This document shows, piece by piece, positions 17,644 to 25,863 of a stretch of DNA of 29,853 bases. The notes below the pieces were generated by a model. It made no database searches, had not been told where the DNA came from, and was given only the letters and a program-made list of their open reading frames with translations. Origin of the DNA: Terrimicrobiaceae bacterium (GTDB lineage Bacteria > Verrucomicrobiota > Verrucomicrobiia > Chthoniobacterales > Terrimicrobiaceae); NCBI GenBank assembly GCA_041752695.1, contig JBGSVZ010000099.1, positions 1 to 29,853 on the forward strand, in the 5' to 3' direction. The translations under genes were made by a program, and so were the position numbers. Numbering within the stretch: the stretch's first letter is position 1; each line of letters starts with the position of its first letter.

Positions 17644-18525
17644 TCAGGGATGGGTGGACATCTTCCGGAATTCGGCCGGGCTAATTCCGGTGTGGCGCTT
17701 GAAGGCTTTTGAAAAGGAGAACGGGTTGTCGTAGCCGACCTCCTCCGCGATATCTGCCAGTGTCTGATCAGTATAAACGAGCAACTCCGAAGCGCGGTCC
17801 ATCCGGAGGGCATGGATCATTTTCATGGGGCTCCGGCCCGTCAATTCCGGCAAGATCCGGTGAAGCTGGGCCCGCGAGGTGCCGGCCATGGCGGCAAGTT
17901 TCTCCACGGTCCAGGCCTGCCGCAGATTCAACTGGACTCGGCCGAGGATGGATTTCAACCGGTGGGTGCGCTTGGCCTGCCGGGGGTTTCCACTTTCCAG
18001 TTCACGCTGGAGATAGATCGAAATCAACTCCACGTAGGCTTGCAGGGCCTCGGCCGAATCGGGCCCCTGGAGATTGGCTTCCTCGATGTAGCCTGACATA
18101 ACACGGACGAACATCTCCGCCATTACGGCCTTGCGCACCCGGGGCTGGTTGCCCATCAGGGCGTCCCACCTCGAACCGGGCCCCAGGTGCAGCCAGGCAG
18201 ATTCCCAATGCGAGCCTTGGGTCCGGTAGGCATAGACGGAATGGCAGGGGGCAATGAGGAGATCCCCTGCAGTCAATTCCACCGGCCGGCCGTGGTCAAT
18301 CGTCAGCCAAGCCGATCCTCCCATGGTGTAGAGTATCAAATGGTCCGGGCTCTTATTCCGCGCCAAGCGGTAACCTGGACTCCAGAAACTGAGCCCACCC
18401 AGGGTAATTCCCTGCCTCCGGAGCGAGTCGTCGGGGTACAACTGGGCTGGAAGATATCGCTCCCGGCTGTCGTGCGGGATGTAAATGAACTCTCGCTCTG
18501 ATTTGATGGTTCGGGAAGCAGGCAT
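17644..18525 (-). CDS. AraC/XylS family transcriptional regulator
   Basis: N-terminal cupin-like region (LTAGDLLIAP) and two C-terminal HTHs (WTVEKLAAMAGTSRAQLHR; LADIAEEVGYDNPFSFSKAFKRHTGISP). Start is ATG 18525, or TTG 18552. Confidence 0.95.
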   Translation of the reverse strand: MPASRTIKSEREFIYIPHDSRERYLPAQLYPDDSLRRQGITLGGLSFWSPGYRLARNKSPDHLILYTMGGSAWLTIDHGRPVELTAGDLLIAPCHSVYAYRTQGSHWESAWLHLGPGSRWDALMGNQPRVRKAVMAEMFVRVMSGYIEEANLQGPDSAEALQAYVELISIYLQRELESGNPRQAKRTHRLKSILGRVQLNLRQAWTVEKLAAMAGTSRAQLHRILPELTGRSPMKMIHALRMDRASELLVYTDQTLADIAEEVGYDNPFSFSKAFKRHTGISPAEFRKMSTHP

Positions 18526-18640
18526 GCGATTTCCGAGGAGTTTCGGATGCAAAATGAGACTTCCAGATCAATCGCAGCACCCGAGCACTTGGCACATTAG
18601 AGGTTTTGTGCATTAAGGCAAATCGCAAAAAAAATCTTTA

Positions 18641-18679
18641 TGAGACGAATGGACATGCATTTGAGAGCAACGGATATTC
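18641..18679 (+). promoter_or_regulatory. Putative AraC-family operator: tandem direct repeats at 21-bp spacing
   Basis: TGAGACGAATGGACATGC (18641) versus TGAGAGCAACGGATATTC (18662), 13/18 identical. A third related copy, TGAGACTTCCAGAT, is at 18555. Confidence 0.6.
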
Positions 18680-18754
18680 CCTCTTTCCGCCAGTTGCGGC
18701 AGCATGTCTATCGTTTGAGTATTGCCCCACAGAGCTGATCCCCCCCTGCCCCGC

Positions 18755-21490
18755 ATGAAGCAAATCCTCCGCACTCCCCGTGCCAGAAGACTCCCGGTCA
18801 TCCTGGCTGTCGTCCTCCTGCTTGTCGTCCTGTCCATCACCGAAAGCCGTGCCCAGGTCAATCTGACCATCGACACCGGCACCACCTACCAAACCATCCG
18901 TGGCTGGGGTTGCGTCAATTCCATCCCGGATTACCTGACACCCGAATTCCGGCAGCAATTGATCACAGAATCCGTCAATGAATACGGTTTGAACCGCCTT
19001 CGAGTCGAGATTCCGGCGGGCAACAAAGTGGATATGCGGCGCTGGGAATGGCTCAACGACAACAACGACCCGTTATCCACGAATTGGAGCAGCCTGGAGC
19101 TGGCTGCTATGGACGAAAATTTACAGTCCTTCGTCCTTCCCTTTGTTGATCAAGTCCGGGCCAACGGAGACCCCTTCGAAATGTACCTCAGCTTTTCCTT
19201 TTACGACTCAGGATCATCCGGTGCGCCACCCGCTTGGCTGCTGAATAATCCTGGAGAATATACAGAATTTTCCCTGTCTTTGCTGCAGCGGCTAAAATTC
19301 TTCTATGGGATCGAAGCGAACTATCAATGCATCCTGAACGAGGCGAGTTACAACAACGTCTTCACCCTGAGTGTGGTCAAGGAAATGCTCAAGGCTCTGG
19401 CACCCAGGATCGAAGCGGCCGGCCTTGCGACCAAGATCCAGTATCCCGAAAGCGTCAATATCGATACGGCCTACAATAGCTTCATCGTCCCCACCGCCGC
19501 CGATGACGAATTGTGGTCGTGGGTGGGCGCGGTCAGCTACCACCGTTACGGAGGTACGACCCAACTCGCCAACTTGGCGGCCTTCGCGGGAACGAAGGGA
19601 TTGCCTACGGCTTTTACCGAGACCGGCACCACCAGTACTGATGTGCTCTATTCCGATCTGACTGTCGGCATGGTCTCGCATTGGGAAGTCTATGGGCTGG
19701 GAAGCCATATCATTTTCAATGACCAGCATTTCAACTATTTTGAACCCGGCAGCGGGGGGTTTTACTGGCGCCTCCGACAGGTCATGCACTACGTCCGCCC
19801 GGGAGCCGTGCGCGTCAAGGTGACCACGGACGACACCGCCACCGGTGCCAAGCAACTGGCTTGGGTGCACAATGGAAAAACCATCCTCAACTTCTGGGGC
19901 TTCACGGGATCGACCGTCAACATCAGCGGGCTCACCCCCGGAACCTACGGCCTGTGCAGTGCACGGTTGACCGCAGCCTATGTGGAGCGGGGAAGCAAAA
20001 CCGTCGGGGCCGACGGCACTCTGAGTCTGACTGGACTGGACAGCGCCGCCATGTACACCCTGTATCCGCGCAACGCAGGGAACCTTCCTCCCGTCTTCAC
20101 CAGCTTTAAGCCGTCTGTTTCCCATCTGGCGCTTCCCTCCTCCTCCTTCACGTTGTCGGCCGCCGCCCAGGATCCCGACCTCAACACCCTAAGTTACCAA
20201 TGGACCGTGACCAAGGCCCCGGCGGGCGCCAGCGTCAGCCTCGCCACACCCAATACCACAGCCTGTGTGGCCTCGGGCCTTACGGTGGCCGGGGACTATA
20301 CGTTCACCGTCACCGCCAGCGACGGAACCGCCTCCACCCAGCGCCAGGTGTTCATGCGCGTCTTCGCAGGCAATCCCGCACCGATCATCTGGGAGATGCA
20401 CAACCGCATTCCCGTTCAGTTGGTGCTACCCAGCCAGACCACCACCACCCTGCGGAGCAGTACGTGGAACGTGGACAATGATTCCCTTACCTATCAATGG
20501 AGCATTGTGTCCCAGCCGGCCGGAGCAAACGCCCAGCTCACCACCCCCACTACCAACACCACGGATGCCAACAGCATGTCGGTCGCGGGGGACTACGTCT
20601 TCCGCCTGACCGTGTCCGACGGCACCACGGTCGTCAGCCGGGACCATACCGTTCCCGTCTACCCAGTGAACACCACGCCCACCGTAAGCGCGTCGGCCAA
20701 TCCCACCTCCCTGACCCTGCCAACGTCCTCCTCCCAGCTAACCTCCACCTCCTCAGACGCGGATGGCGACCCCTTGACCCACTGGTGGAAAGTCATCAGC
20801 GCTCCGACCGGGGCCAGTCCAAAACTGGCCGCCCCAACCCAGGCCAACACCGCAGTCACTGGCATGATCCGGCCCGGAACATACAGCTTCCAGCACGTGG
20901 TGACGGATCAGTTTTCCTTCAAGACCAGTTCCACGGTTTCGGTGACGGTGGCGGCAGGGGCTTCGCCGGAACTGTTTTCCCTGGCCATACCCAATGGTGG
21001 GGAAACCTTCGAACCCGGCCAGACTGTGCGGATCCGCTGGAACAGTGCGAACTTCAGCGGCAACGTGAAACTCGAGTTCTTCGACGGGAGCAGTTGGACG
21101 GTGATATCGGCGTCAACGGGCAACGATGGCATCGAACCGTGGACGGCTCCCTTGGCCCAATCCAGCGGATGCAAGGTGCGGGTTTCTGATGCGAACGACG
21201 GCATCCCCTCCGATGAGTCCGACGCGGCATTCCGGATCGTAGGCCCCGACTTGTTCAAGATCATCAAAATCGAGGGCGATTTTACCAACGGTTTCACGGT
21301 GGAATGGACCAGCCTGCCTGGAGGGTATTCCTATCAGGTCTATTACTCCGAAACCCTACAGCAGGGCGACTGGCATGCCGTCGGATCTCCGCAGGTTGCT
21401 CAAAACGGCGAATTTCATCTCGTTTATACCGATTCGTCCGCGACAGGAGCCCTCAAGCGTTTCTACAAGGTGGTGGAAACACCGTTGTAA
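18755..21490 (+). CDS. Secreted clan GH-A (GH30-like) glycoside hydrolase with three PKD/Ig-like repeats and C-terminal accessory domains
   Basis: Signal peptide (...ESRA-Q), TIDTGTTYQTIRGWG, acid/base-like ILNEA, VSYHRY, nucleophile-like FTET and HYVRPGAVRV. Three repeats 'N..P...LP...L.Y.W....P.GA...G.Y.F..T.SDG', then a PNGGE domain and a C-terminal ...RFYKV. Confidence 0.8.
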   Translation: MKQILRTPRARRLPVILAVVLLLVVLSITESRAQVNLTIDTGTTYQTIRGWGCVNSIPDYLTPEFRQQLITESVNEYGLNRLRVEIPAGNKVDMRRWEWLNDNNDPLSTNWSSLELAAMDENLQSFVLPFVDQVRANGDPFEMYLSFSFYDSGSSGAPPAWLLNNPGEYTEFSLSLLQRLKFFYGIEANYQCILNEASYNNVFTLSVVKEMLKALAPRIEAAGLATKIQYPESVNIDTAYNSFIVPTAADDELWSWVGAVSYHRYGGTTQLANLAAFAGTKGLPTAFTETGTTSTDVLYSDLTVGMVSHWEVYGLGSHIIFNDQHFNYFEPGSGGFYWRLRQVMHYVRPGAVRVKVTTDDTATGAKQLAWVHNGKTILNFWGFTGSTVNISGLTPGTYGLCSARLTAAYVERGSKTVGADGTLSLTGLDSAAMYTLYPRNAGNLPPVFTSFKPSVSHLALPSSSFTLSAAAQDPDLNTLSYQWTVTKAPAGASVSLATPNTTACVASGLTVAGDYTFTVTASDGTASTQRQVFMRVFAGNPAPIIWEMHNRIPVQLVLPSQTTTTLRSSTWNVDNDSLTYQWSIVSQPAGANAQLTTPTTNTTDANSMSVAGDYVFRLTVSDGTTVVSRDHTVPVYPVNTTPTVSASANPTSLTLPTSSSQLTSTSSDADGDPLTHWWKVISAPTGASPKLAAPTQANTAVTGMIRPGTYSFQHVVTDQFSFKTSSTVSVTVAAGASPELFSLAIPNGGETFEPGQTVRIRWNSANFSGNVKLEFFDGSSWTVISASTGNDGIEPWTAPLAQSSGCKVRVSDANDGIPSDESDAAFRIVGPDLFKIIKIEGDFTNGFTVEWTSLPGGYSYQVYYSETLQQGDWHAVGSPQVAQNGEFHLVYTDSSATGALKRFYKVVETPL

Positions 21491-21508
21491 GACATCCCCG
21501 CCGTCGCC

Positions 21509-21814
21509 CTATTCCTTGTCGGCCTCGGATTCCTTGTCCGGCCAGTCGATGAATCCCGCCGTGTGGGATTTTAGTTCCGCGAGCTCCATGGCACTCGCGT
21601 TTGGGTCGTCGAGTTCCACCACTTTGAGCAAAAGCAGGCGACCATTGACCTCCGCCAGCTCCGGGCCATCGTCAGGATCGCCCAGATAAACCGTCAGTTC
21701 CCCGCCCCCATACCGCGCGTAGATGCCCCGGCTATCAGCCGTGATTCCTTCCCATTCCGTGGGAACGCGGTCATTGGTCCGGCGGACCCCCGTCACCTGA
21801 AAGTGCGAAGTCAT
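21509..21814 (-). CDS. Small acidic hypothetical protein
   Basis: It fills the intergenic gap and has plausible composition (PTEWEG.T.D.R.IYARY). A promoter-like TTGCAG-16-TAGGAT lies 7 nt before the ATG. Confidence 0.6.
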   Translation of the reverse strand: MTSHFQVTGVRRTNDRVPTEWEGITADSRGIYARYGGGELTVYLGDPDDGPELAEVNGRLLLLKVVELDDPNASAMELAELKSHTAGFIDWPDKESEADKE

Positions 21815-21821
21815 CCCTGAA

Positions 21822-21849
21822 ATCCTATCCCGGATTCGGGTCTCTGCAA
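21822..21849 (-). promoter_or_regulatory. Putative leaderless promoter of the 101-aa ORF
   Basis: On the minus strand: TTGCAG(21849-21844)-16 nt-TAGGAT(21827-21822)-7 nt-ATG(21814). Confidence 0.45.
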
Positions 21850-21892
21850 CCCGTCCGGTCGGCTGAGCCGCCTCCGCGGGAAAACTTTTCGC

Positions 21893-21920
21893 TTGCTTGA
21901 GGGGCAGGGTTCAATACCTT
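21893..21920 (+). promoter_or_regulatory. Putative fusA promoter
   Basis: TTGCTT(21893-21898)-16 nt-TACCTT(21915-21920). Confidence 0.45.
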
Positions 21921-22008
21921 CCCAAGCCCCGTCCAAGGCGGTTTTTCAGGGGGCCATGTGGCCTCTCGTCCAGCCGCCCCAACCGGGGAAAACCAACCTG
22001 ATTTCACC

Positions 22009-24174
22009 ATGTCCGCCACGCTTGAGGCTAAAGCCACCAATCCCAACTCGCCAAACCGCGCGTTCCCGCTGGAGCGGACGCGCAACATCGGCATCGCCGC
22101 CCACATCGACGCGGGCAAAACCACGCTCACCGAGCGTATCCTTTTCTATACCGGCATGATCCACAAGATCGGTGAAGTGCACGAAGGCACCACCGTGACC
22201 GACTGGATGGAGCAGGAGCGCGAGCGCGGCATCACCATCACGTCCGCTGCCACCACCTGTTCGTGGCTCCAGCGCAAGGAAGAAGGCGTTTACAAGATGT
22301 ACGAAGGCATCAAGATGCGCGTGAACATCATTGACACCCCCGGCCACGTGGACTTCACGGCCGAAGTGGAGCGTTCGCTCCGCGTGCTCGACGGTGCCAT
22401 TGCCGTGTTCTGCGGCGTTGCCGGCGTGCAGCCCCAGTCGGAAACCGTCTGGCGTCAGGCCACCAAATACGGCGTGCCCCGCATCGCTTTCGTTAATAAA
22501 ATGGACCGCACCGGCGCAGATTTCGACGCTGCCGTGGACAGCATGCGCAAGAAGCTCGGCGCCAACGCCTGGCCCGTGCTCATTCCGCTCGGTCGTGAAG
22601 ATTACCTCACCGGCCAGATCGACGTCCTGAACCAGAAAGCCGTCATCTATGTGGAAGACGGCCAGCAGGGTTCCACCTACGAGGTGAAGGAAATCCCCGA
22701 AGATCACAAGGCGATCGCGGAGAAAGCTTATCAGGATCTCATCGAGCAGATGTGCGACCTCGACGAAGAAATCGGCATGCTATTCCTCGAAGAAAAGCCG
22801 ATTTCCAAGGAGATGCTCAAGGCCGCCATCCGCCGCCAGACCATCGCGAACCGCTTCGTTCCTGTCGCCGGTGGATCCGCCTTCAAAAACAAGGGCGTGC
22901 AATACCTCGTCGACGCCGTGGTGGATTACCTTCCCGGCCCGCTCGACATCCCGGCGGCCAAGGGTCTGAACCCCGACAACCTCGAGCCGATGGAAGTGAC
23001 CTCGGACGACAATGCGAAGTTCTGTTCGCTCGCTTTCAAACTCTGGAGCGATCCCTTTGTCGGTAAGCTCGTGTTTTTCCGCGTGTATTCCGGCAAACTT
23101 TCCAAGGGCGACACGGTTTACAATCCTCGCACCAACAAGCGCGAACGCATCAGCCGCATCATTCAGATCCAGGCCGACAAGCGCGAGGATATCGACACCT
23201 GCTACTCCGGCGACATTGCCGCCATCGTGGGCATCAAGAACATCACCACGGGTGATACGCTTTGCGACGAAGATCATCCGATCCTTCTCGAACCTCCGTC
23301 CTTCCCCGACCCGGTCATTTCGATGGCCGTCGAACCGAAGACGAAGATCGACCAGGAAAAGATGGGCATCGCCCTGCAGCGCCTGGCGGAAGAAGATCCG
23401 ACGTTCCGCGTTTTCACCAACGAAGACACCGGCCAGACCATCATTGCCGGCATGGGCGAGCTTCACCTCGAAATCATTCGCGACCGCATGCTGCGCGAAT
23501 TCAAGGTCGAGGCCAACTCCGGCAAACCGCAGATCGCTTACAAGGAAACCATCCTGGCCCCGGCCGATGGCGAAGGCAAACTCGTTAAGCAATCCGGTGG
23601 ACGCGGTCAATACGGCCACGTTGTCGTCAAGATCGCTCCGAACGAACGCGGCAAAGGCATCACCATCGAAAACAAGGTGGTCGGCGGCGCCATTCCCAAG
23701 GAATTCATCCCACCGGTCATCAAGGGCCTCAACGAAGCCGTGCTCAACGGCGTGGTGGGCGGTTACCCGGTGATCGACGTGCATATCGACATCGTGGACG
23801 GCAGCTACCACGACGTGGACTCGAACGAACTCGCGTTTAAGATGGCCGCGATCTTTGCGCTCAAGGACGGCCTCAAGAAAGCCAAGTCCATCCTGCTCGA
23901 GCCCGTCATGAAGGTCGAAAACATCACGCCGGACGAATATCAGGGCGACATCATGGGCGACTTGAACCGCCGCCGCGCCCGCATCCAGGGCATGGAAACG
24001 AAGGGCAGCCTCTGCACCATTGCGGCGGAAGTGCCTTTGGCGGAAATGTTCGGATACGCCACCGCGATCCGTTCGCTCTCGAAAGGCCGTTCCTCGTATT
24101 CGATGGAACCCAGCCACTTCGAGCAGGTCCCGACCAATGTGCTCAACGCTGTGCTCGACGCGCAGAAGGGCTAG
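22009..24174 (+). CDS. fusA: Elongation factor G
   Basis: RNIGIAAHIDAGKTT, DWMEQERERGITI, DTPGHVDF, NKMD, GMGELHLE, KQSGGRGQYGHV and YHDVDS. Codon bias is that of a highly expressed gene. ATG at 22009. Confidence 0.98.
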   Translation: MSATLEAKATNPNSPNRAFPLERTRNIGIAAHIDAGKTTLTERILFYTGMIHKIGEVHEGTTVTDWMEQERERGITITSAATTCSWLQRKEEGVYKMYEGIKMRVNIIDTPGHVDFTAEVERSLRVLDGAIAVFCGVAGVQPQSETVWRQATKYGVPRIAFVNKMDRTGADFDAAVDSMRKKLGANAWPVLIPLGREDYLTGQIDVLNQKAVIYVEDGQQGSTYEVKEIPEDHKAIAEKAYQDLIEQMCDLDEEIGMLFLEEKPISKEMLKAAIRRQTIANRFVPVAGGSAFKNKGVQYLVDAVVDYLPGPLDIPAAKGLNPDNLEPMEVTSDDNAKFCSLAFKLWSDPFVGKLVFFRVYSGKLSKGDTVYNPRTNKRERISRIIQIQADKREDIDTCYSGDIAAIVGIKNITTGDTLCDEDHPILLEPPSFPDPVISMAVEPKTKIDQEKMGIALQRLAEEDPTFRVFTNEDTGQTIIAGMGELHLEIIRDRMLREFKVEANSGKPQIAYKETILAPADGEGKLVKQSGGRGQYGHVVVKIAPNERGKGITIENKVVGGAIPKEFIPPVIKGLNEAVLNGVVGGYPVIDVHIDIVDGSYHDVDSNELAFKMAAIFALKDGLKKAKSILLEPVMKVENITPDEYQGDIMGDLNRRRARIQGMETKGSLCTIAAEVPLAEMFGYATAIRSLSKGRSSYSMEPSHFEQVPTNVLNAVLDAQKG

Positions 24175-24225
24175 GAGCCCTGCCATCGAGGCACCGGCGA
24201 ACTGCCGATGCCGATCAAGCCTTCC

Positions 24226-24259
24226 AAAAGGACGCCTCGCAAGGGGCGTCCTTTTTTTT
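24226..24259 (+). terminator. Intrinsic (possibly bidirectional) terminator of fusA
   Basis: AAAA-GGACGCCTC-GCAA-GGGGCGTCC-TTTTTTTT: a 9-bp stem with one G-U pair, a GNRA loop and a T8 tail. Confidence 0.92.
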
Positions 24260-24321
24260 GGATTCCGCCCCGCCCGAAAAAGCTTTCGGGGTCGCCGGGA
24301 ATTTTGACACTCTCCCATCCC

Positions 24322-25863
24322 GTGAAGGTTTTCCTGCCCATCGTCGCCGAGGCCAGTCCGGCGTCCTTCTTCAACGTGTCCGCGTTTGTCGAGAATACCA
24401 ACCTCACCCTGCTGTACGCCGGCGTAGCCATCGCGGTTTATCTGGTGTTGCTGTGGCTGGGCCGGATCCTCAAGCGCCGGTTCGGCTTTCCGCTGGGGTG
24501 GTTCTACCAGATGTTTTGTTTTGCGATGGCCCTGTTTGTGCCCTCTTCGCTGCCGCAGTTCGACTGGAAGGAAGGGGAAAGACACATCGACGCCGCCGCC
24601 ATCCTCACCGCCACGTTTGTGGTGATCTCCATCGTCCGGCATCTGATCTTCAACTCCCGCAGGGACAGCGAAAATTCCTCCCTGCCGAAATTTGTCAGTC
24701 AGGTCGTCTCCATCCTGATCTTCCTCGCCTCCATGGCGATTGTTCTGCAGGTGATCTACGAGCAGCCACTTCCCGGCCTCCTCGCCGGCGCGGGCGTCGC
24801 TGGTATCGTGCTCGGCCTCGCCCTCCAGGACACCCTGGGCAATCTTTTCAGCGGGTTTGCCATTTATTTCGGCGGACAATTTAAAGCCGGCGACTGGCTC
24901 CTTATCGAGGGCCATCACGCGCAAATTGTGGAGGTCAACTGGCGGTCCACCCGGCTGCGCACGATTGACGATATCTATCTTGATATCCCGAACAGCAACA
25001 TCACCAAACAGACGGTGATCAACTACGATTATCCCAGCAAACTCCATGCGATGTTGCTGGAGATCGGGCTGGAATACGACACCCCGCCGGCCCGGGTGAA
25101 GGGAATCCTCGTCGAAGCGGCCCTCAATTGTCCGCATGTCCTGCGCGATCCGCTGCCCAATGTTTATCTCAAAGAATTCGGCGATTGGGCGATCACGTAC
25201 GAATTGCGTTTCTGGATCGACGACCACCAGCTTCACAAGGATGTCTATAGCGAGATCCGCACGAACCTGTGGTATTCGCTCCGCCGCAACGACATCAGCA
25301 TTCCCTACCCGATCCAGGGCGAATATCATCAGGAATTCCGCCCGCCGCCCAACACCTCAGGCGCGGTGCGCGAGGCCTTGAAAAAGGCCGTCTTTTACCC
25401 CTGTCTCACCGCGGCGCAATTTGAAGACATTCTCCAGTCGGCCAAATGCGTCACGTTTGGCGCAGGAGAAAACATCATCACGCAGGGAGCGGCGGCGGGC
25501 CCGATGTATATTTTGATCGATGGCCAGGCCGACGTGTTGGTGGAGGCGGACGGAAATTCCACCAACGTCGCGCGGATCGGGCCCGGGGACTGCATTGGCG
25601 AGGTCTCCGTGCTGACGGGTGACCCCCGCAGCGCGACGGTGCGGGCTTTGTGCGATTGCCAGGCGGTCGAGGTCAGCAAGGCGACCCTCGCTCCGGTGGC
25701 GGCGCTGAGCCCGGATTTTCTCGAAGCCCTCAGCGACCTGCTGGCGCACCGGCGCTTGCAAAATGAAGGACGATTAGCGGAAGCCTCCGGCGCCCGCAGT
25801 GCCCGGCAGAAAGACTACAGCGCCGGGTTCCTTGAAAAGCTCAAATCGTTTTTCGAGATATGA
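24322..25863 (+). CDS. MscS-family mechanosensitive channel with a C-terminal cyclic-nucleotide-binding domain
   Basis: TM helices, GLALQDTLGNLFSG, F..GDW, NWRST, IPNS and IPYP. The cNMP domain has IITQG...MYILIDG and GDCIGEVSVLTGDPRSATVRA. GTG start inferred downstream of the terminator. Confidence 0.9.
   Translation: MKVFLPIVAEASPASFFNVSAFVENTNLTLLYAGVAIAVYLVLLWLGRILKRRFGFPLGWFYQMFCFAMALFVPSSLPQFDWKEGERHIDAAAILTATFVVISIVRHLIFNSRRDSENSSLPKFVSQVVSILIFLASMAIVLQVIYEQPLPGLLAGAGVAGIVLGLALQDTLGNLFSGFAIYFGGQFKAGDWLLIEGHHAQIVEVNWRSTRLRTIDDIYLDIPNSNITKQTVINYDYPSKLHAMLLEIGLEYDTPPARVKGILVEAALNCPHVLRDPLPNVYLKEFGDWAITYELRFWIDDHQLHKDVYSEIRTNLWYSLRRNDISIPYPIQGEYHQEFRPPPNTSGAVREALKKAVFYPCLTAAQFEDILQSAKCVTFGAGENIITQGAAAGPMYILIDGQADVLVEADGNSTNVARIGPGDCIGEVSVLTGDPRSATVRALCDCQAVEVSKATLAPVAALSPDFLEALSDLLAHRRLQNEGRLAEASGARSARQKDYSAGFLEKLKSFFEI

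Noticed and set aside
24208..24321. Track start of the MscS ORF
   Set aside because: It runs through the fusA terminator hairpin; GTG 24322 is more plausible.
22780..25329. 849-aa minus-strand ORF
   Set aside because: It is antisense to fusA and the MscS gene, crosses a terminator, and has typical shadow-ORF composition.
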